Source: Alphaproteobacteria bacterium (GTDB lineage: Bacteria; Pseudomonadota; Alphaproteobacteria; UBA828). From it: DNA of 64,000 bases. Positions 17,385 through 27,715 of this stretch are shown piece by piece. A program made the translations under genes and the position numbers. Below the pieces are notes generated by a model. The model saw only the letters and a list, made by a program, of their open reading frames with translations, was not told the DNA's origin and made no database searches. Where the stretch lies: positions 864,001-928,000 of the forward strand of contig CBDCRW010000004.1 in NCBI GenBank assembly GCA_965221125.1, given 5' to 3'. Position 1 is the first letter of the stretch; each line of letters starts with the position of its first letter.

Positions 17385-18911
17385 TCAGCGCTCCGGCACA
17401 CCGCCTTCGGCAACCCGCCGGGCCACGAAATCGTCCAGCTCTTCCTCGATGGCGGGATCGAGCGGCGGCGGCTCGTAGTCGGCGAGAAGCTGCTTCCATA
17501 TCTTCGTCGCGCGGTCGGAGGTCTCGACCGCGCCGCTGTCGCGCCAGTTCTCGAAGTTGCGCCAATCCGACAGCAGCGGCCGGTAGAAGGCGGTCTCGTA
17601 GCGCGCCATCGTGTGTTCGCAGCCAAAGAAATGACCACCGGGCCCGACTTCGGCGATGGCGTCGAGGCCCAGCTCCGCCTCGTCCGTGTCCAGCGGCTTC
17701 AGGAACTCCTGCATCATCTGGACCATTTCGGCATCGAGGATGAACTTCTCGTAGGAAGCGCAGAGCCCGCCTTCGAGCCAGCCGAAGCCGTGGTTGATGA
17801 AGTGGGCGTGACTCAGCACCACCGGCCAGAGCGACATCTGCGCCTCGTAGGCGGCCTGCGCGTCGGCGGCATTCGACGCCGTTGCGCTCGACGAGCGCCA
17901 GGGGAAGTTGTAGCGCCGCGCGAGCTGCCCGCTCGCGATGGTGGCCTTGGCGTATTCCGGCGTGCCGAAGGCGGGCGAGCCGCTCTTCATGTCCACGTTG
18001 GACGTGAAGCTGCCGTAGACCGTCGGCGCCCCGGGATTGACGCACTGCGAGAACGCGATCCCCGCCAGCGCTTCGGCATTCTGCAGCACCAGGGCGCCGG
18101 CGACGCTGACAGGCGCCATGGCACCGGCCAGCGTAAACGGGGTGTAGATGACCGGCTGGTTCAGCTCGGCCATCACGATCGCCCCCTCCAGCAGGCCCCC
18201 GTCGTAGATCAAGGGCGAGTTGGAATTGACCACCGTGTGGATCGAGGGCTGGCGCAGCAATTCCTCGCGGCTGACTCCGCGCGCGATGCGCACGATCTCG
18301 ATACCGTCCGCCATACGCGGGCCGCCGATCGCGTAGCCGAATTGGGGCTTGTCGGTGAGGCGCACCGCCGCCGAGATCGCGTGCAGGTGCCGCGTCCGCA
18401 CCTCAAGATCGGTAGGTTCCACCGGGTAGCCTGCGAGCGTGTGCACGGCGTTCAGCGCCTGGGAGAGCCGCACGAGGTTCTTGTAGTCCTCAAAATTGCC
18501 CATGACCCGGCCGCGCTCGCGATCCGACACGTTTGGCGCAGAGCCCACGGTGCCCCAGATCGCGGTGTCGCCGCCGAATTCGAGATCACGGTGGCTGGAG
18601 CGGCCGTGCAGGGTGAAGCGCGACGGCACGGTCGTGAGCTTTTCCTCGACGAAAGCGGGATCGAAACGGACGCGTTTGCCGTCCTCGCCGACCTCAGCCC
18701 CTGCCTGGCGCAGGATCTCGACGGCGCGCGGCAGTTGAAACTCCATCCCGTTGTCGCGCAGTACCCGGAGCGAGGCGTGGTGAATCGCCTCGACCTGGTC
18801 GTCCGAGATCGCCTTCATCGGGTCGTAGGGATTGCGCACCTGGCCGAACGCCAGTTGCTCGACGGCGCCCTGGGCGGCGGCTCTTCTTTCGCGGCTCCTG
18901 CCTCGTCTCAT
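17385..18911 (-). CDS. Trimethylamine methyltransferase family protein (non-pyrrolysine MttB/MtgB-like)
   Basis: EAIHHASLRVL, NSNSPL, GAMAPVSVAGALV, SNVDMKSGSPAFGTPE, VGPGGHFFG; no in-frame amber codon. Confidence 0.9.
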   Translation of the reverse strand: MRRGRSRERRAAAQGAVEQLAFGQVRNPYDPMKAISDDQVEAIHHASLRVLRDNGMEFQLPRAVEILRQAGAEVGEDGKRVRFDPAFVEEKLTTVPSRFTLHGRSSHRDLEFGGDTAIWGTVGSAPNVSDRERGRVMGNFEDYKNLVRLSQALNAVHTLAGYPVEPTDLEVRTRHLHAISAAVRLTDKPQFGYAIGGPRMADGIEIVRIARGVSREELLRQPSIHTVVNSNSPLIYDGGLLEGAIVMAELNQPVIYTPFTLAGAMAPVSVAGALVLQNAEALAGIAFSQCVNPGAPTVYGSFTSNVDMKSGSPAFGTPEYAKATIASGQLARRYNFPWRSSSATASNAADAQAAYEAQMSLWPVVLSHAHFINHGFGWLEGGLCASYEKFILDAEMVQMMQEFLKPLDTDEAELGLDAIAEVGPGGHFFGCEHTMARYETAFYRPLLSDWRNFENWRDSGAVETSDRATKIWKQLLADYEPPPLDPAIEEELDDFVARRVAEGGVPER

Positions 18912-19083
18912 TCGCCTTCGCTCCCGACGACGTAGCAATCGTGGCCTACGGTACGCCGCCTCGCGAGGCGCCAACCAGAGAAATCTTTTTGTGCAGGCGC
19001 CACAAGGTCGAATGCTGCCGGTTCGACGTCATGGTCCATACAACGTGTGAGATGGCGAACGAGCGTTCGGCACCCTTTCGGCG

Positions 19084-20271
19084 TCAGCCTTCGCGCGGCG
19101 CGTCGTCGATGCGGGGCCGGGTGAGGATCGGCCAGTAGGCCGCGATGAAGAGCGCGAAGGCGCCGGACCAGAGCACCGCCGAGGCCGCGAAGGCGTGGGG
19201 CTCGGCGTCCGGCCCGGCGAGCGGGCCGAAGACGCGGAGCGCAGCACCCAGGTGCACCAGCACGTAGGCCGCCACCTCCACCGGACGCGCGGCGAGCGGG
19301 CGCCCGGTGTGGCCGAGCGCGCTCCGCGTCATCATGCCCAACATGAGGCCGCCAATCGTGCCGGTGCCCAGCGCGTGGTAGGCCGCGGCCGCCGGTACGT
19401 CGGCGCCGGCCAGCCAGAGCGCGCGCAGGATCAGCGCCACCGGCAGCCAGGCGTAAGAGAGCGGCAGCACCCAGAGCAGCGGCTCGCCCCTTGTCGCGGC
19501 CGGGTCCCAAAGCCAGAGCCGGGCGACATGGGCAAGCGCGCCTGCCGCCGCAACGCCGGCGAGCCACGAGCCGCGCGGCAGCCAGGGCTCGAACGGGCCG
19601 GCCAGCAGGAGAACCGCAAGAGTGCCGAAGGCCAGGGCCTCCACGTAGGCGTTGCGCCGGGGCTTGGCTTGCGGCACCGCGTTGGCGTTAAACGCCGGGA
19701 TCACGCGTCCGGCCATCAACGCGACGAGCAGCGCGAAGAGATCGAGGGCGAGCAGCGCGCCGCCGTTGGCGCGCGCGAGCGCGATGAGGCCCGCATGGTC
19801 GAGGTGAAACAGCAGGTTGGCGGCGCCGAGCAGCGCCGGCACCGCCGCCACCGGCAGGTTCCGCCAGTTCCGCGCCTTCAGGACCGGAAGCGCCACCGCG
19901 AGGGAGACGCAGGGCAGAAACAGGCAATCCACGACAATGGCCGGGAGCGCCGGCCCCGTCGCCACCAGCACCCGCCCTGCGATCCACAGCAGAGCCAGCA
20001 CCGCAAGACGCCAGCCGCTGGGCGTGGCGCGGCCGGTCCACGCCCGTGCCGCCGTCAGCAGGAACCCGGTAAGCACCGCCGCGGCGAACCCGAACGCCAT
20101 CTCGTGCGCGTGCCACGCCACGTCCGCGAGATAGGGCTCGCCGGGCAGCAGCTCCCCCGACGCGAAGTGCCAGACCGGCAACCCCACCGCGGCAAACGCC
20201 GCTGCCAGCAGATAGAACGGCCGGAAGCCCATGGCGAGAAAGGGGCCCGCTTGCCCGCGCGCGTCATTCAT
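19084..20271 (-). CDS. nnrS: NnrS family heme-copper membrane protein
   Basis: GFRPFYL, WHAHEM.FGF, GFLLTA..WT, GRVIPAF, MMTR.ALGHTGR, RPRID. Confidence 0.9.
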   Translation of the reverse strand: MNDARGQAGPFLAMGFRPFYLLAAAFAAVGLPVWHFASGELLPGEPYLADVAWHAHEMAFGFAAAVLTGFLLTAARAWTGRATPSGWRLAVLALLWIAGRVLVATGPALPAIVVDCLFLPCVSLAVALPVLKARNWRNLPVAAVPALLGAANLLFHLDHAGLIALARANGGALLALDLFALLVALMAGRVIPAFNANAVPQAKPRRNAYVEALAFGTLAVLLLAGPFEPWLPRGSWLAGVAAAGALAHVARLWLWDPAATRGEPLLWVLPLSYAWLPVALILRALWLAGADVPAAAAYHALGTGTIGGLMLGMMTRSALGHTGRPLAARPVEVAAYVLVHLGAALRVFGPLAGPDAEPHAFAASAVLWSGAFALFIAAYWPILTRPRIDDAPREG

Positions 20272-20475
20272 CGGCCCGACATAGGGCCGCCGTCACGGGC
20301 CGGTCAATGATCCCGTGGCATTGATCTCGTGTATCCTTGTGCCCGCTGCAAACGCAGCGCGCTGAAGCCGAAAGAGCGATAGACGAGCGCGCCACCGGCT
20401 GGAATACTGCAGCCAGAAACGCATCCGATTCTCTGCGCTATCGCCTGAAGTCCGCCCACCAGACGGTTTGATGAC

Positions 20476-22794
20476 ATGAATTTGGAGCGCTGCATCGACC
20501 TCGTCATGCGTCGTCGGTGGCTGACGATTCTCCTCTCATTGCTTGTCATGCTGGCTCTCGCTGCGGGCGCCGAGCACCTGGTCTCTGTCGACGTCGACGT
20601 CCGGAACCATTTCAAGAAAGACGACCCGCACATTGTCGCGCTCGACAATCTGGAAGACACCTACGCCATCTCCGATAACGTGCTTGTGGCCGTCGCGCCC
20701 AAGACCGGAACGATTTTCAACCGGGATACGCTCGTTGCCATAGAAGAGCTGACCGAACAGCTTTGGCGAACGCCCTATGTCACCCGCGTCGATTCCATCG
20801 CCAACTATTCGCACAGCGAAGGGCTCGAAGATGAGTTGATTGTCGAGCCGCTCATCGATGACGCCGCATCCTTGAGCGATGGCGACATAGAACGAATAGA
20901 GAGAATCGCGCTCGAGACGGAAGAGGTTGCCGGGCGCTTCGTCTCCCGGGACGGCCGCGTTGCCGGCCTGTTTGTCAGCATCGCACTTCCCGACGCTCGC
21001 GAGGATCGAGCACCGGCCAGGATAGAGGTGGTCGACTACCTCTATGACACTGCCGCCGAGGCTCGGGCCAAGTATTCGACCGTCGAATACCACATCACCG
21101 GCGAGCTCGCGCTCAATCGCGCCATGAGCGACGCACTGGACGAAGAATTCGGCCTTCTCGGACCCATCGCGCTTGGGACGATGCTGCTCCTCGCGATAGT
21201 CCTGCTGCGCTCGATTTGGGGAACCGTTGCGATCATCCTGATGATCGTCGCCGTCATCCTGGCCGCGACGGGATTCGTCGGTTGGACCGGCATGCCGCTG
21301 TTCGGTGAAAGCGCGGCCGCAATATTCGTCCTGATGGCGATTGCGGTGGCGCACTCCGTCCACGTCATAGAGGCCATGCTGGCGGGATTGCGCCAGGGAA
21401 TGGACCGCAAGCAGGCGGCAATTCATTCCCTGGAACTCAACGTCTGGCCGGTCTTCCTCACGTCGATCACGACGTCGATCGGCTTCCTCAGCCTCAATTT
21501 CTCGGAAATGCCGCCGTTTCAGGTCATGGGCAACATGGTGGCGTTCGGCTCGGTGTGCGCCTTCGTCTTTGCCGTGACGCTCCTGCCCGCGTTCCTGTCG
21601 TACATGCCCATGCGCGTCCGGCCCGCGCGCGAGGGAAGAGTGGACTACTTCGATCGTCTCGGGCGGTTCGTCGTCTCGCGGCGTGTGATCCTTCTGTGCA
21701 CCTTCGGCGTCCTGACCGTTGCGCTGATGGCCGGTATCGCCCGGATCGAGCTCAAGGAAAATTGGCTCGAGCTGCTCGGCGAAAGCTATGAGTTCCGCCG
21801 ATCCACCGACTTCATCAGCGAGAATTACACGGGCGTCGAAGCGTTCGAGTATTCGCTCAGCGCGGGCCAGGAGGGCGGCGTCACGGACGTCGAATACCTG
21901 AAGCAGGTCGACGCGTTCGCGGAGTGGTATCGGGCGCAACCGAAAGTCGCGCACGTCTTCGCCATCTCCGACATCATGAAGCGCCTGAACAAGAACCTGA
22001 ACGGCGACAGGCCGGAGTTCTACAGCATTCCCGACAGCTCCGACCTCGCCGCCCAGTACCTGCTGCTGTACGAGTTTTCGCTGCCGGTCGGCCTCGACCT
22101 CAACAATCTCATCGACGTCGAGCGCTCGGCGACGCGCGTGACGGTCGTACTCGGCAGCCTGTCCACCAACGAGAAAGTAGAGCTCGATGACCGCGCGCGC
22201 GCGTGGTTCCAGCAGAACGCGCCCAATCTGGAGACCGGGGCCGCCGGGGTTTCGATCGTCGGCGCTCATTCGATCCAGAAGAACATAAGGAACATGCTGA
22301 TCGGCACCATCACGGCGATGGGGATCGTCTCGCTGCTGCTGGTCATCATCTTCAGGAGCGTACGCTTCGGTGTGATCAGCCTGATACCCAACTTCGTTCC
22401 GGCCGCCATGGCGATGGGTTTGTGGGGGTATGCGGTCGGAGCGGTCGGAAATGCGGCGGCGGTGGTCACCGCCATCGCGTTCGGCATCATCGTGGACGAC
22501 ACGATCCACTTCATGACCAAGTACATCAGGGCCAGAAAGAACGGGCAGACGCCGGAGGAGTCCGTGCGAGGCGCCTTCCGCACCGTGGGCAAGGCGCTGG
22601 TCGCGACGACCGTCGTGTTTGCGCTCGGATTCATGGTGTTCGGTGCATCGGGAATGGCCACCAACCAGGCGCTGGGCCTCCTCGTCGGAACGACCGTCAT
22701 CATCGCCTTGCTGGCGGACTTCCTGTTCTTGCCACCGTTGCTGATGGTTCTCGAGCGGTTCAGGTTCGGGAAGGCGAGTGGAGAAGGCAGTTGA
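20476..22794 (+). CDS. MMPL/RND-family transporter
   Basis: Two repeats of TM + periplasmic domain + 5 TM; GIIVDDTIHF, LTSITTSIGFLSL, TLLPA. Confidence 0.9.
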   Translation: MNLERCIDLVMRRRWLTILLSLLVMLALAAGAEHLVSVDVDVRNHFKKDDPHIVALDNLEDTYAISDNVLVAVAPKTGTIFNRDTLVAIEELTEQLWRTPYVTRVDSIANYSHSEGLEDELIVEPLIDDAASLSDGDIERIERIALETEEVAGRFVSRDGRVAGLFVSIALPDAREDRAPARIEVVDYLYDTAAEARAKYSTVEYHITGELALNRAMSDALDEEFGLLGPIALGTMLLLAIVLLRSIWGTVAIILMIVAVILAATGFVGWTGMPLFGESAAAIFVLMAIAVAHSVHVIEAMLAGLRQGMDRKQAAIHSLELNVWPVFLTSITTSIGFLSLNFSEMPPFQVMGNMVAFGSVCAFVFAVTLLPAFLSYMPMRVRPAREGRVDYFDRLGRFVVSRRVILLCTFGVLTVALMAGIARIELKENWLELLGESYEFRRSTDFISENYTGVEAFEYSLSAGQEGGVTDVEYLKQVDAFAEWYRAQPKVAHVFAISDIMKRLNKNLNGDRPEFYSIPDSSDLAAQYLLLYEFSLPVGLDLNNLIDVERSATRVTVVLGSLSTNEKVELDDRARAWFQQNAPNLETGAAGVSIVGAHSIQKNIRNMLIGTITAMGIVSLLLVIIFRSVRFGVISLIPNFVPAAMAMGLWGYAVGAVGNAAAVVTAIAFGIIVDDTIHFMTKYIRARKNGQTPEESVRGAFRTVGKALVATTVVFALGFMVFGASGMATNQALGLLVGTTVIIALLADFLFLPPLLMVLERFRFGKASGEGS

Positions 22795-22805
22795 GCGCGC
22801 CTGGG

Positions 22806-24122
22806 ATGGGCGGTTCCCTCCATCGCAAGATCGGGAACGTCCTCGGGCAAATCGGCGCGGCCCGCCTGACCGTGGTTCTTGCGCCTTTGTCGCTGCTGGT
22901 TTCGGTGCAGGTGGCGACCGGCGCGCACGCCGACGACGGGTTCGTGGAATTCGTGGAGGTTACCGGGCGCCTCTCCCCGGAAACCCGGCTCTACCCCGAG
23001 ACTGCCGCGTACCCCGGCCAGCGCTCGCACGCGAGCGGGCTTGCCGCGGAGATGACGCTCTACATGGAGGACGAGGACGGCAGAAGCATCACGGTCACGC
23101 CGTTTTACCGCTACGACGCCGGGGATCCGGACCGCACCCACGGCGACCTCCGCGAGGCCTTCCTGCTGCTCTACGGCGATCTCGGCGAGGACGAATGGGA
23201 GCTGCGTCTCGGGTTCGACCGCGTGTTCTGGGGAGTCGTGGAGTCGCGCCCCCTGGTCGACATCGTCAACCAGACCGATCTCGTGGAGAATCCGAACGAG
23301 AAGACCAAGATGGGTCAACCCATGGCCCATGTCACCTGGGCCGGAGACTGGGGGGCGCTGGAGCTGTTCGCGCTGACCTGGCACCGCGAACGCACCTTTC
23401 CGGGCCGGCACGGCCGCCTGCGCGCCGGGCTCGTCGTGGACCACGACTTGACCTCGTACGAGTCGGCGGACGAAGAGTGGCACCTCGACCTCGCCGCCCG
23501 CTTCTCCAGCAGCTTCGGGCCGGTCGACATCGGGCTCAGCGTGTTCGACGGCACCAGCCGCGAGCCCACGCTGCTGCCGACGCTGGTGGGCCACGAACTC
23601 GTTCTGGCGCCCCATTACGAGCAGATCACCCAATTCAGCCTCGATACCCAGATCACCACGGGCTCATGGCTGCTCAAGCTGGAGGCCATACACCGCGCCG
23701 GCGCGCAGAACCGCCGGCTCGATCAACAGCTCAGGTACGAGGAAGAGGACTACGCAGCCTTCATCGCGGGCGGCGAGTACACGATCAACGGTGTGTTGGA
23801 CACGGACGCCGACCTGAGCCTGATCGGCGAACTGGCGCGCGACGGGCGGGGCCGATGGGCCACCAATGCGTTCGAGAACGACATATTGCTGGCCGCACGT
23901 CTCGGGCTGAACGACGAGCAGAGCACCGAGTTCACGGTCAGCGTTCTGGAGTCCCTGGACAACAGCACCCGCGTTCTAAGCGCCGAGCTCAAGCGCCGCC
24001 TTTCGGAGAACTGGTCCATGCACGTGGAGAGCACCGCCTACTTCGACGTCGACGAGACTGACGTCATATACGAAGTGCGGCGCGACAGTTTCATCGGGGT
24101 GAACCTGGACTACAACTTCTGA
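22806..24122 (+). CDS. Putative outer-membrane beta-barrel protein
   Basis: Signal peptide ending AHA; DLREA..LRLG..VFWGVVE..LVDIVNQTD; C-terminal LDYNF (terminal Phe); exact start uncertain. Confidence 0.7.
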   Translation: MGGSLHRKIGNVLGQIGAARLTVVLAPLSLLVSVQVATGAHADDGFVEFVEVTGRLSPETRLYPETAAYPGQRSHASGLAAEMTLYMEDEDGRSITVTPFYRYDAGDPDRTHGDLREAFLLLYGDLGEDEWELRLGFDRVFWGVVESRPLVDIVNQTDLVENPNEKTKMGQPMAHVTWAGDWGALELFALTWHRERTFPGRHGRLRAGLVVDHDLTSYESADEEWHLDLAARFSSSFGPVDIGLSVFDGTSREPTLLPTLVGHELVLAPHYEQITQFSLDTQITTGSWLLKLEAIHRAGAQNRRLDQQLRYEEEDYAAFIAGGEYTINGVLDTDADLSLIGELARDGRGRWATNAFENDILLAARLGLNDEQSTEFTVSVLESLDNSTRVLSAELKRRLSENWSMHVESTAYFDVDETDVIYEVRRDSFIGVNLDYNF

Positions 24123-24167
24123 AGCGAGTGTGAAGGCTCAGAGAATGGCCACCGACAGGAGGAAACG

Positions 24168-24986
24168 GTGATGCGCGTCGCACTCCCCCACCCACTGCTT
24201 GCCGTGCCCGTGATGTTCGTCGCCCTCGTGGCCTGGGCGGTCGAGCCGTCGGCGGCGCGCGCGGACAGCGCGGAGGAAGCCGGCCTCAAGATCGCGACGG
24301 ACGCTCGCGAACGCCAGAAGGGTTTCGGCAATTTCACCGCAAACCTGACCATGACCCTGCGCAACAAGCGCGGGCAGGAAAGCCAGCGCGAGCTCCGCCT
24401 CAAGGTGATCGAGGTGGAGGGAGACGGCGACCGCACCCTGTTCGTGTTCGACCGCCCGCGCGACGTGAGAGGCACCGCGTTTCTCGTTCACGCCCACAAG
24501 GGCGAGCCGGACGACCAGTGGCTCTATCTCCCCGCCTTGAAGCGGGTCAAGCGCATCAGCTCCTCGAAGCAATCGGGATCCTTCATGGGCAGCGAATTCT
24601 CGTACGAGGACATGGGCGCCGTCGAGGTCGAGAAATTCACGCACCGGCACCTGCGCGACGAAGCCTGCGGCGATCTCCAATGCGCCGTTCTGGAACGCGT
24701 GCCGCTGAGCAAGGATTCGGGGTACGCGCGGCAACTGGTCTGGCTCGACCGGGAAGAGCTCCGCACCATGCAGATCCAGTTCTTCGACCGCCGGGACGAG
24801 CATCTCAAGACGATGGTCGTCGAAGACCACCGGCAGTATCTGGATCGCTTTTGGCGGGCAGGAACCATAACGATGACGAACCACCGCACGGGCAAGGGCA
24901 CCGTGCTGGTCTGGCAGGACTACGAGTTCGGGACCGACCTCGACGAGGGAGACTTCACGAAGACGGCGCTGAAGCGGGTCCGGTAG
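24168..24986 (+). CDS. Outer-membrane lipoprotein-sorting protein (LolA-like fold)
   Basis: PRDVRGTAFL, DDQWLYLPALKRVKRIS, SFMGSEFSYEDM. Confidence 0.85.
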   Translation: MMRVALPHPLLAVPVMFVALVAWAVEPSAARADSAEEAGLKIATDARERQKGFGNFTANLTMTLRNKRGQESQRELRLKVIEVEGDGDRTLFVFDRPRDVRGTAFLVHAHKGEPDDQWLYLPALKRVKRISSSKQSGSFMGSEFSYEDMGAVEVEKFTHRHLRDEACGDLQCAVLERVPLSKDSGYARQLVWLDREELRTMQIQFFDRRDEHLKTMVVEDHRQYLDRFWRAGTITMTNHRTGKGTVLVWQDYEFGTDLDEGDFTKTALKRVR

Positions 24987-25133
24987 GCTCGGACGAGGGC
25001 CGGCGACGGCTCTCGCCCTCTGGCATCGCCGCTGCGCGCACGGATAGCACGTGTACGTCAGACAGGCAGCGCGCGCTTCTGCTCGGCGATACGGTAATGC
25101 AGCTTCTTGCTCTGCTTTATCGACGGAACAGGT

Positions 25134-25472
25134 CTATCCGATCACGCCGGACCGATGCGCGCCGGTGAGAGTCCGATCGGAATTGCGATCGGCACGGGGG
25201 GCGTCCGGATAGAACTGCCTGCAATAGCGCCGATACTTGCCGATGGGACCGTCGGAACGACACAAGCGCGGACGGCGCCTGTAGCTCTTTTGCTGCCAGA
25301 TTACGACGTCCTGAAGAACATCCTTCTCCTGCATGGACATTATGATCCTGTTCATGGTCCTGGTGCGCAATCCAACCGGCAGGAACCGGAGCCCGGCGAT
25401 CGCACGTCTCGGCTTTCGCAGTTGCCGAAGCTGCGAGACCAGAACCAGCTCGATGAGCGTGCCATCCACTGG
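25134..25472 (-). pseudogene. Rieske oxygenase (KshA/Neverland-like), 3' fragment
   Basis: PVDGTLIEL...QDVVIWQQK..RPRLCRSDGPIGKYRRYCRQFY; joins the middle fragment in frame across the ACTGG TSD. Confidence 0.88.
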
Positions 25473-25877
25473 TGTTGTTTCGCACGTTATTTGACGCCGA
25501 ATCTCCCAGATTATTTGACGTGATCGCTGCCCTGATTTCCCAGATTGCTCGGTCTTTTCCGGATCGAAGCGTAGGAGCTCATGGTCTCTGCGGGCGGTCC
25601 GGGGTCGCTGTCTGATTGAGGTTTGGACTGGTGCTTGAGGAGAGCTGACGAGGTGTCGCGCGGCCGTCGGCGCGTCAAGCGGCTGCGCCGCTCCTGCGCT
25701 TCGCTTCGGCCCTTCGGGTGACTCGCCACCGTCCACACGACGAAGTGCTGCCATGGCCTGAAGCAAGCTTCCGGCCACGGACTGGCCGCTCACCTGACGT
25801 AGTATCCCGGTGGAGGCGCAGCGCCTTCCGGACCGTTGGGGAAGGGTGGTTCCCGACGGCGGTTCCGGCTCGAACCC

Positions 25878-26918
25878 CTAGGCGTTGGCGGAACCGGGCT
25901 CCGGGAACCGCGGGGCCTGCGGCCGACTGCTGCCGTTGGCGGCGGCGGCCGCCGCCCGCTTGTCCGCTGCGCCTGCGACGACGCTGTAGCCGCCCTCGGC
26001 GTTGCGCGCGACGCGACCCTCCTGGACGAGCTTTTGCAAGATTACGCCGACGGTCTTGTGCCGGGTCGCGGCGCGTTCCCGGATCTGGCGTTGCGAGAGC
26101 GGCGCCCCGGCGTCGGCGAGCGCCTTGAGAACGCGGCATTCGGGTGTTTCGGGCTGAGGCGCCCCGCCGCCGGCCGTGGGCGGCTGGCGCAGCCGGAAGG
26201 AGGGCTCCTCTCCGTCTTCCTTGAGCTCGATCTCGATGTCGTCGAGACCGCGTGCGGCGCGATGCTCGACGGTCATGAGGGTCTGCCGGTCCCGGCGGCG
26301 CAGGTAGAGGTTCGAGTCCCCCCAGGCGTGCAGCTCACTGCTGCCCCGCAGGGCCTGCCCCGGCCTCGTGGCCCCGCTCTTGCGGGCGTGGTGGACGAGG
26401 AGGACGGCGGTCTCGAAGCGGCGTTGCAGGTCGCGCAGGAAGCCGAGGATCGGGGCGACGTCCGCAACCGTGTTCTCGTCCACGCCGTGCAGGCGGACCA
26501 GGGGGTCGAGGACCACGAGGCGCGGTGCGATGCGCTCCACGGTCTGCTGCAGGCGGCGGCGGTCGTCGAGATGGTCGAGGCGCAGTGTGGGCACGTCGAT
26601 GACGGCGATGTCGAGGGTCTCGAAGCGGGCGCCTGCGGCGCGGGCGATCCCCTGCAGGCGCTTGCGCACGAGGTGGCCGGCGTCTTCTGCGGCGAACAGC
26701 AGGACCGGGCCAGGCCGGGCCGGGGCGAAGTGCCGCAGGCATGGGACGCCGGCGGCGACTGCGACCGCGAGGTCCAGCGCCAGGATGGACTTGCCGCACT
26801 TCGGCTCGCCGCCGACGATGCCGACGGCCTGCTCGCCCCATAGCGTGTCCACCAGCCATTGCTGCTCGCGCGGCCGCTCCTCCAGCTCGATCGGGGCGCG
26901 GGTCGGGAAGCCGGTCAT
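25878..26918 (-). CDS. AAA_25/RecA-RepA-like ATPase with C-terminal HTH-like region
   Basis: GEPKCGKS Walker A, AAED, LVVLDP, LLVHH, ALRGSS; C-terminal LKAL..APLSQRQIRE; ATGA overlap with the ExeA gene. Confidence 0.85.
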   Translation of the reverse strand: MTGFPTRAPIELEERPREQQWLVDTLWGEQAVGIVGGEPKCGKSILALDLAVAVAAGVPCLRHFAPARPGPVLLFAAEDAGHLVRKRLQGIARAAGARFETLDIAVIDVPTLRLDHLDDRRRLQQTVERIAPRLVVLDPLVRLHGVDENTVADVAPILGFLRDLQRRFETAVLLVHHARKSGATRPGQALRGSSELHAWGDSNLYLRRRDRQTLMTVEHRAARGLDDIEIELKEDGEEPSFRLRQPPTAGGGAPQPETPECRVLKALADAGAPLSQRQIRERAATRHKTVGVILQKLVQEGRVARNAEGGYSVVAGAADKRAAAAAANGSSRPQAPRFPEPGSANA

Positions 26919-27715
26919 GGCCGCAGTTCCTCGAGCGCGTGCTGCAGGTGGTCGGCACTGACGGTCCTCGCCTCGTCGAGAGCGGCGGCGGAGAGCGCGT
27001 AGTGGGCGATGCGGTTGATCTGGCGCGGCAGGCCGCGCGCGCCCTGGAACAGGGCCTCGACGGCGGGCTCTTCGAACAGCGGCAGTTCGCATCCCGCGAG
27101 CCTGAGGCGGTGCTTGATGTAAGCGTCGACCTCGTCGCGGTCGAGACCGCTCAGGTGGTGGCGGACGACGAGGCGCTGGCTGAGGGATTCGTGCATGGCC
27201 ATGGCCAGGCGGCGCCTGAGCTCGGTCAGACCGACGAGGACGAGGCACAGGCGCTGCTCTGCATCCATGGCGAAGTTGGTGAGCAGGCGCAGGTCCTCAA
27301 GGACGTCGTTGCGCAGATGATGGGCCTCGTCGATGACGAGGACCGGCAGCTGCTTGGCCTCGGTGACGAGGCGGGAGATCTCGTTTCGGATGGCCTGATA
27401 GGCCGAGGCGCGGGAGCGCTCGATGGGCAGGCCGATCTCCCACGCGATCGCCTTGTACATGTCGAGCACGTTGCCCGTGGTCAGCGAGACGTAGTGGACC
27501 CGGTAGAGGCCTGGATGAAGCTGCGCGGTCAGATGCCGGCACACGGTGGTCTTGCCGGAGCCCACCTCGCCGGTGAGCAGGCCGATGCCGCGCAGGTCGA
27601 TGAGGTGGCCGAGCCTGGCCTCGGCCTCGCGGCGCGCGTTGGACTCGAACAGCTCGTCGGTCTCTGCCGGGGTCTCGAAGGGCAGGCGGGTGAAGGCGAA
27701 GTGGCGCAGGTACAT
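26915..27715 (-). CDS. ExeA-family AAA ATPase (TnsC/MuB-like transposition helper)
   Basis: YLRHFAFTRLPF, GEVGSGKT, LVIDEAH, LVG, GLPRQIN. Confidence 0.9.
   Translation of the reverse strand: MYLRHFAFTRLPFETPAETDELFESNARREAEARLGHLIDLRGIGLLTGEVGSGKTTVCRHLTAQLHPGLYRVHYVSLTTGNVLDMYKAIAWEIGLPIERSRASAYQAIRNEISRLVTEAKQLPVLVIDEAHHLRNDVLEDLRLLTNFAMDAEQRLCLVLVGLTELRRRLAMAMHESLSQRLVVRHHLSGLDRDEVDAYIKHRLRLAGCELPLFEEPAVEALFQGARGLPRQINRIAHYALSAAALDEARTVSADHLQHALEELRP

Noticed and set aside
17385-18911. Pyrrolysine-containing MttB
   Set aside because: The ORF is open throughout with no in-frame TAG.
20290-20340. FNR/NnrR box upstream of nnrS
   Set aside because: Only a TTGAT half-site and a TCAATG-N9-CATTGA palindrome; spacing does not fit the consensus.
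26915-27715. Type II secretion ExeA
   Set aside because: Coupled to a DDE transposase inside defined transposon ends; no T2SS genes and no peptidoglycan-binding domain.
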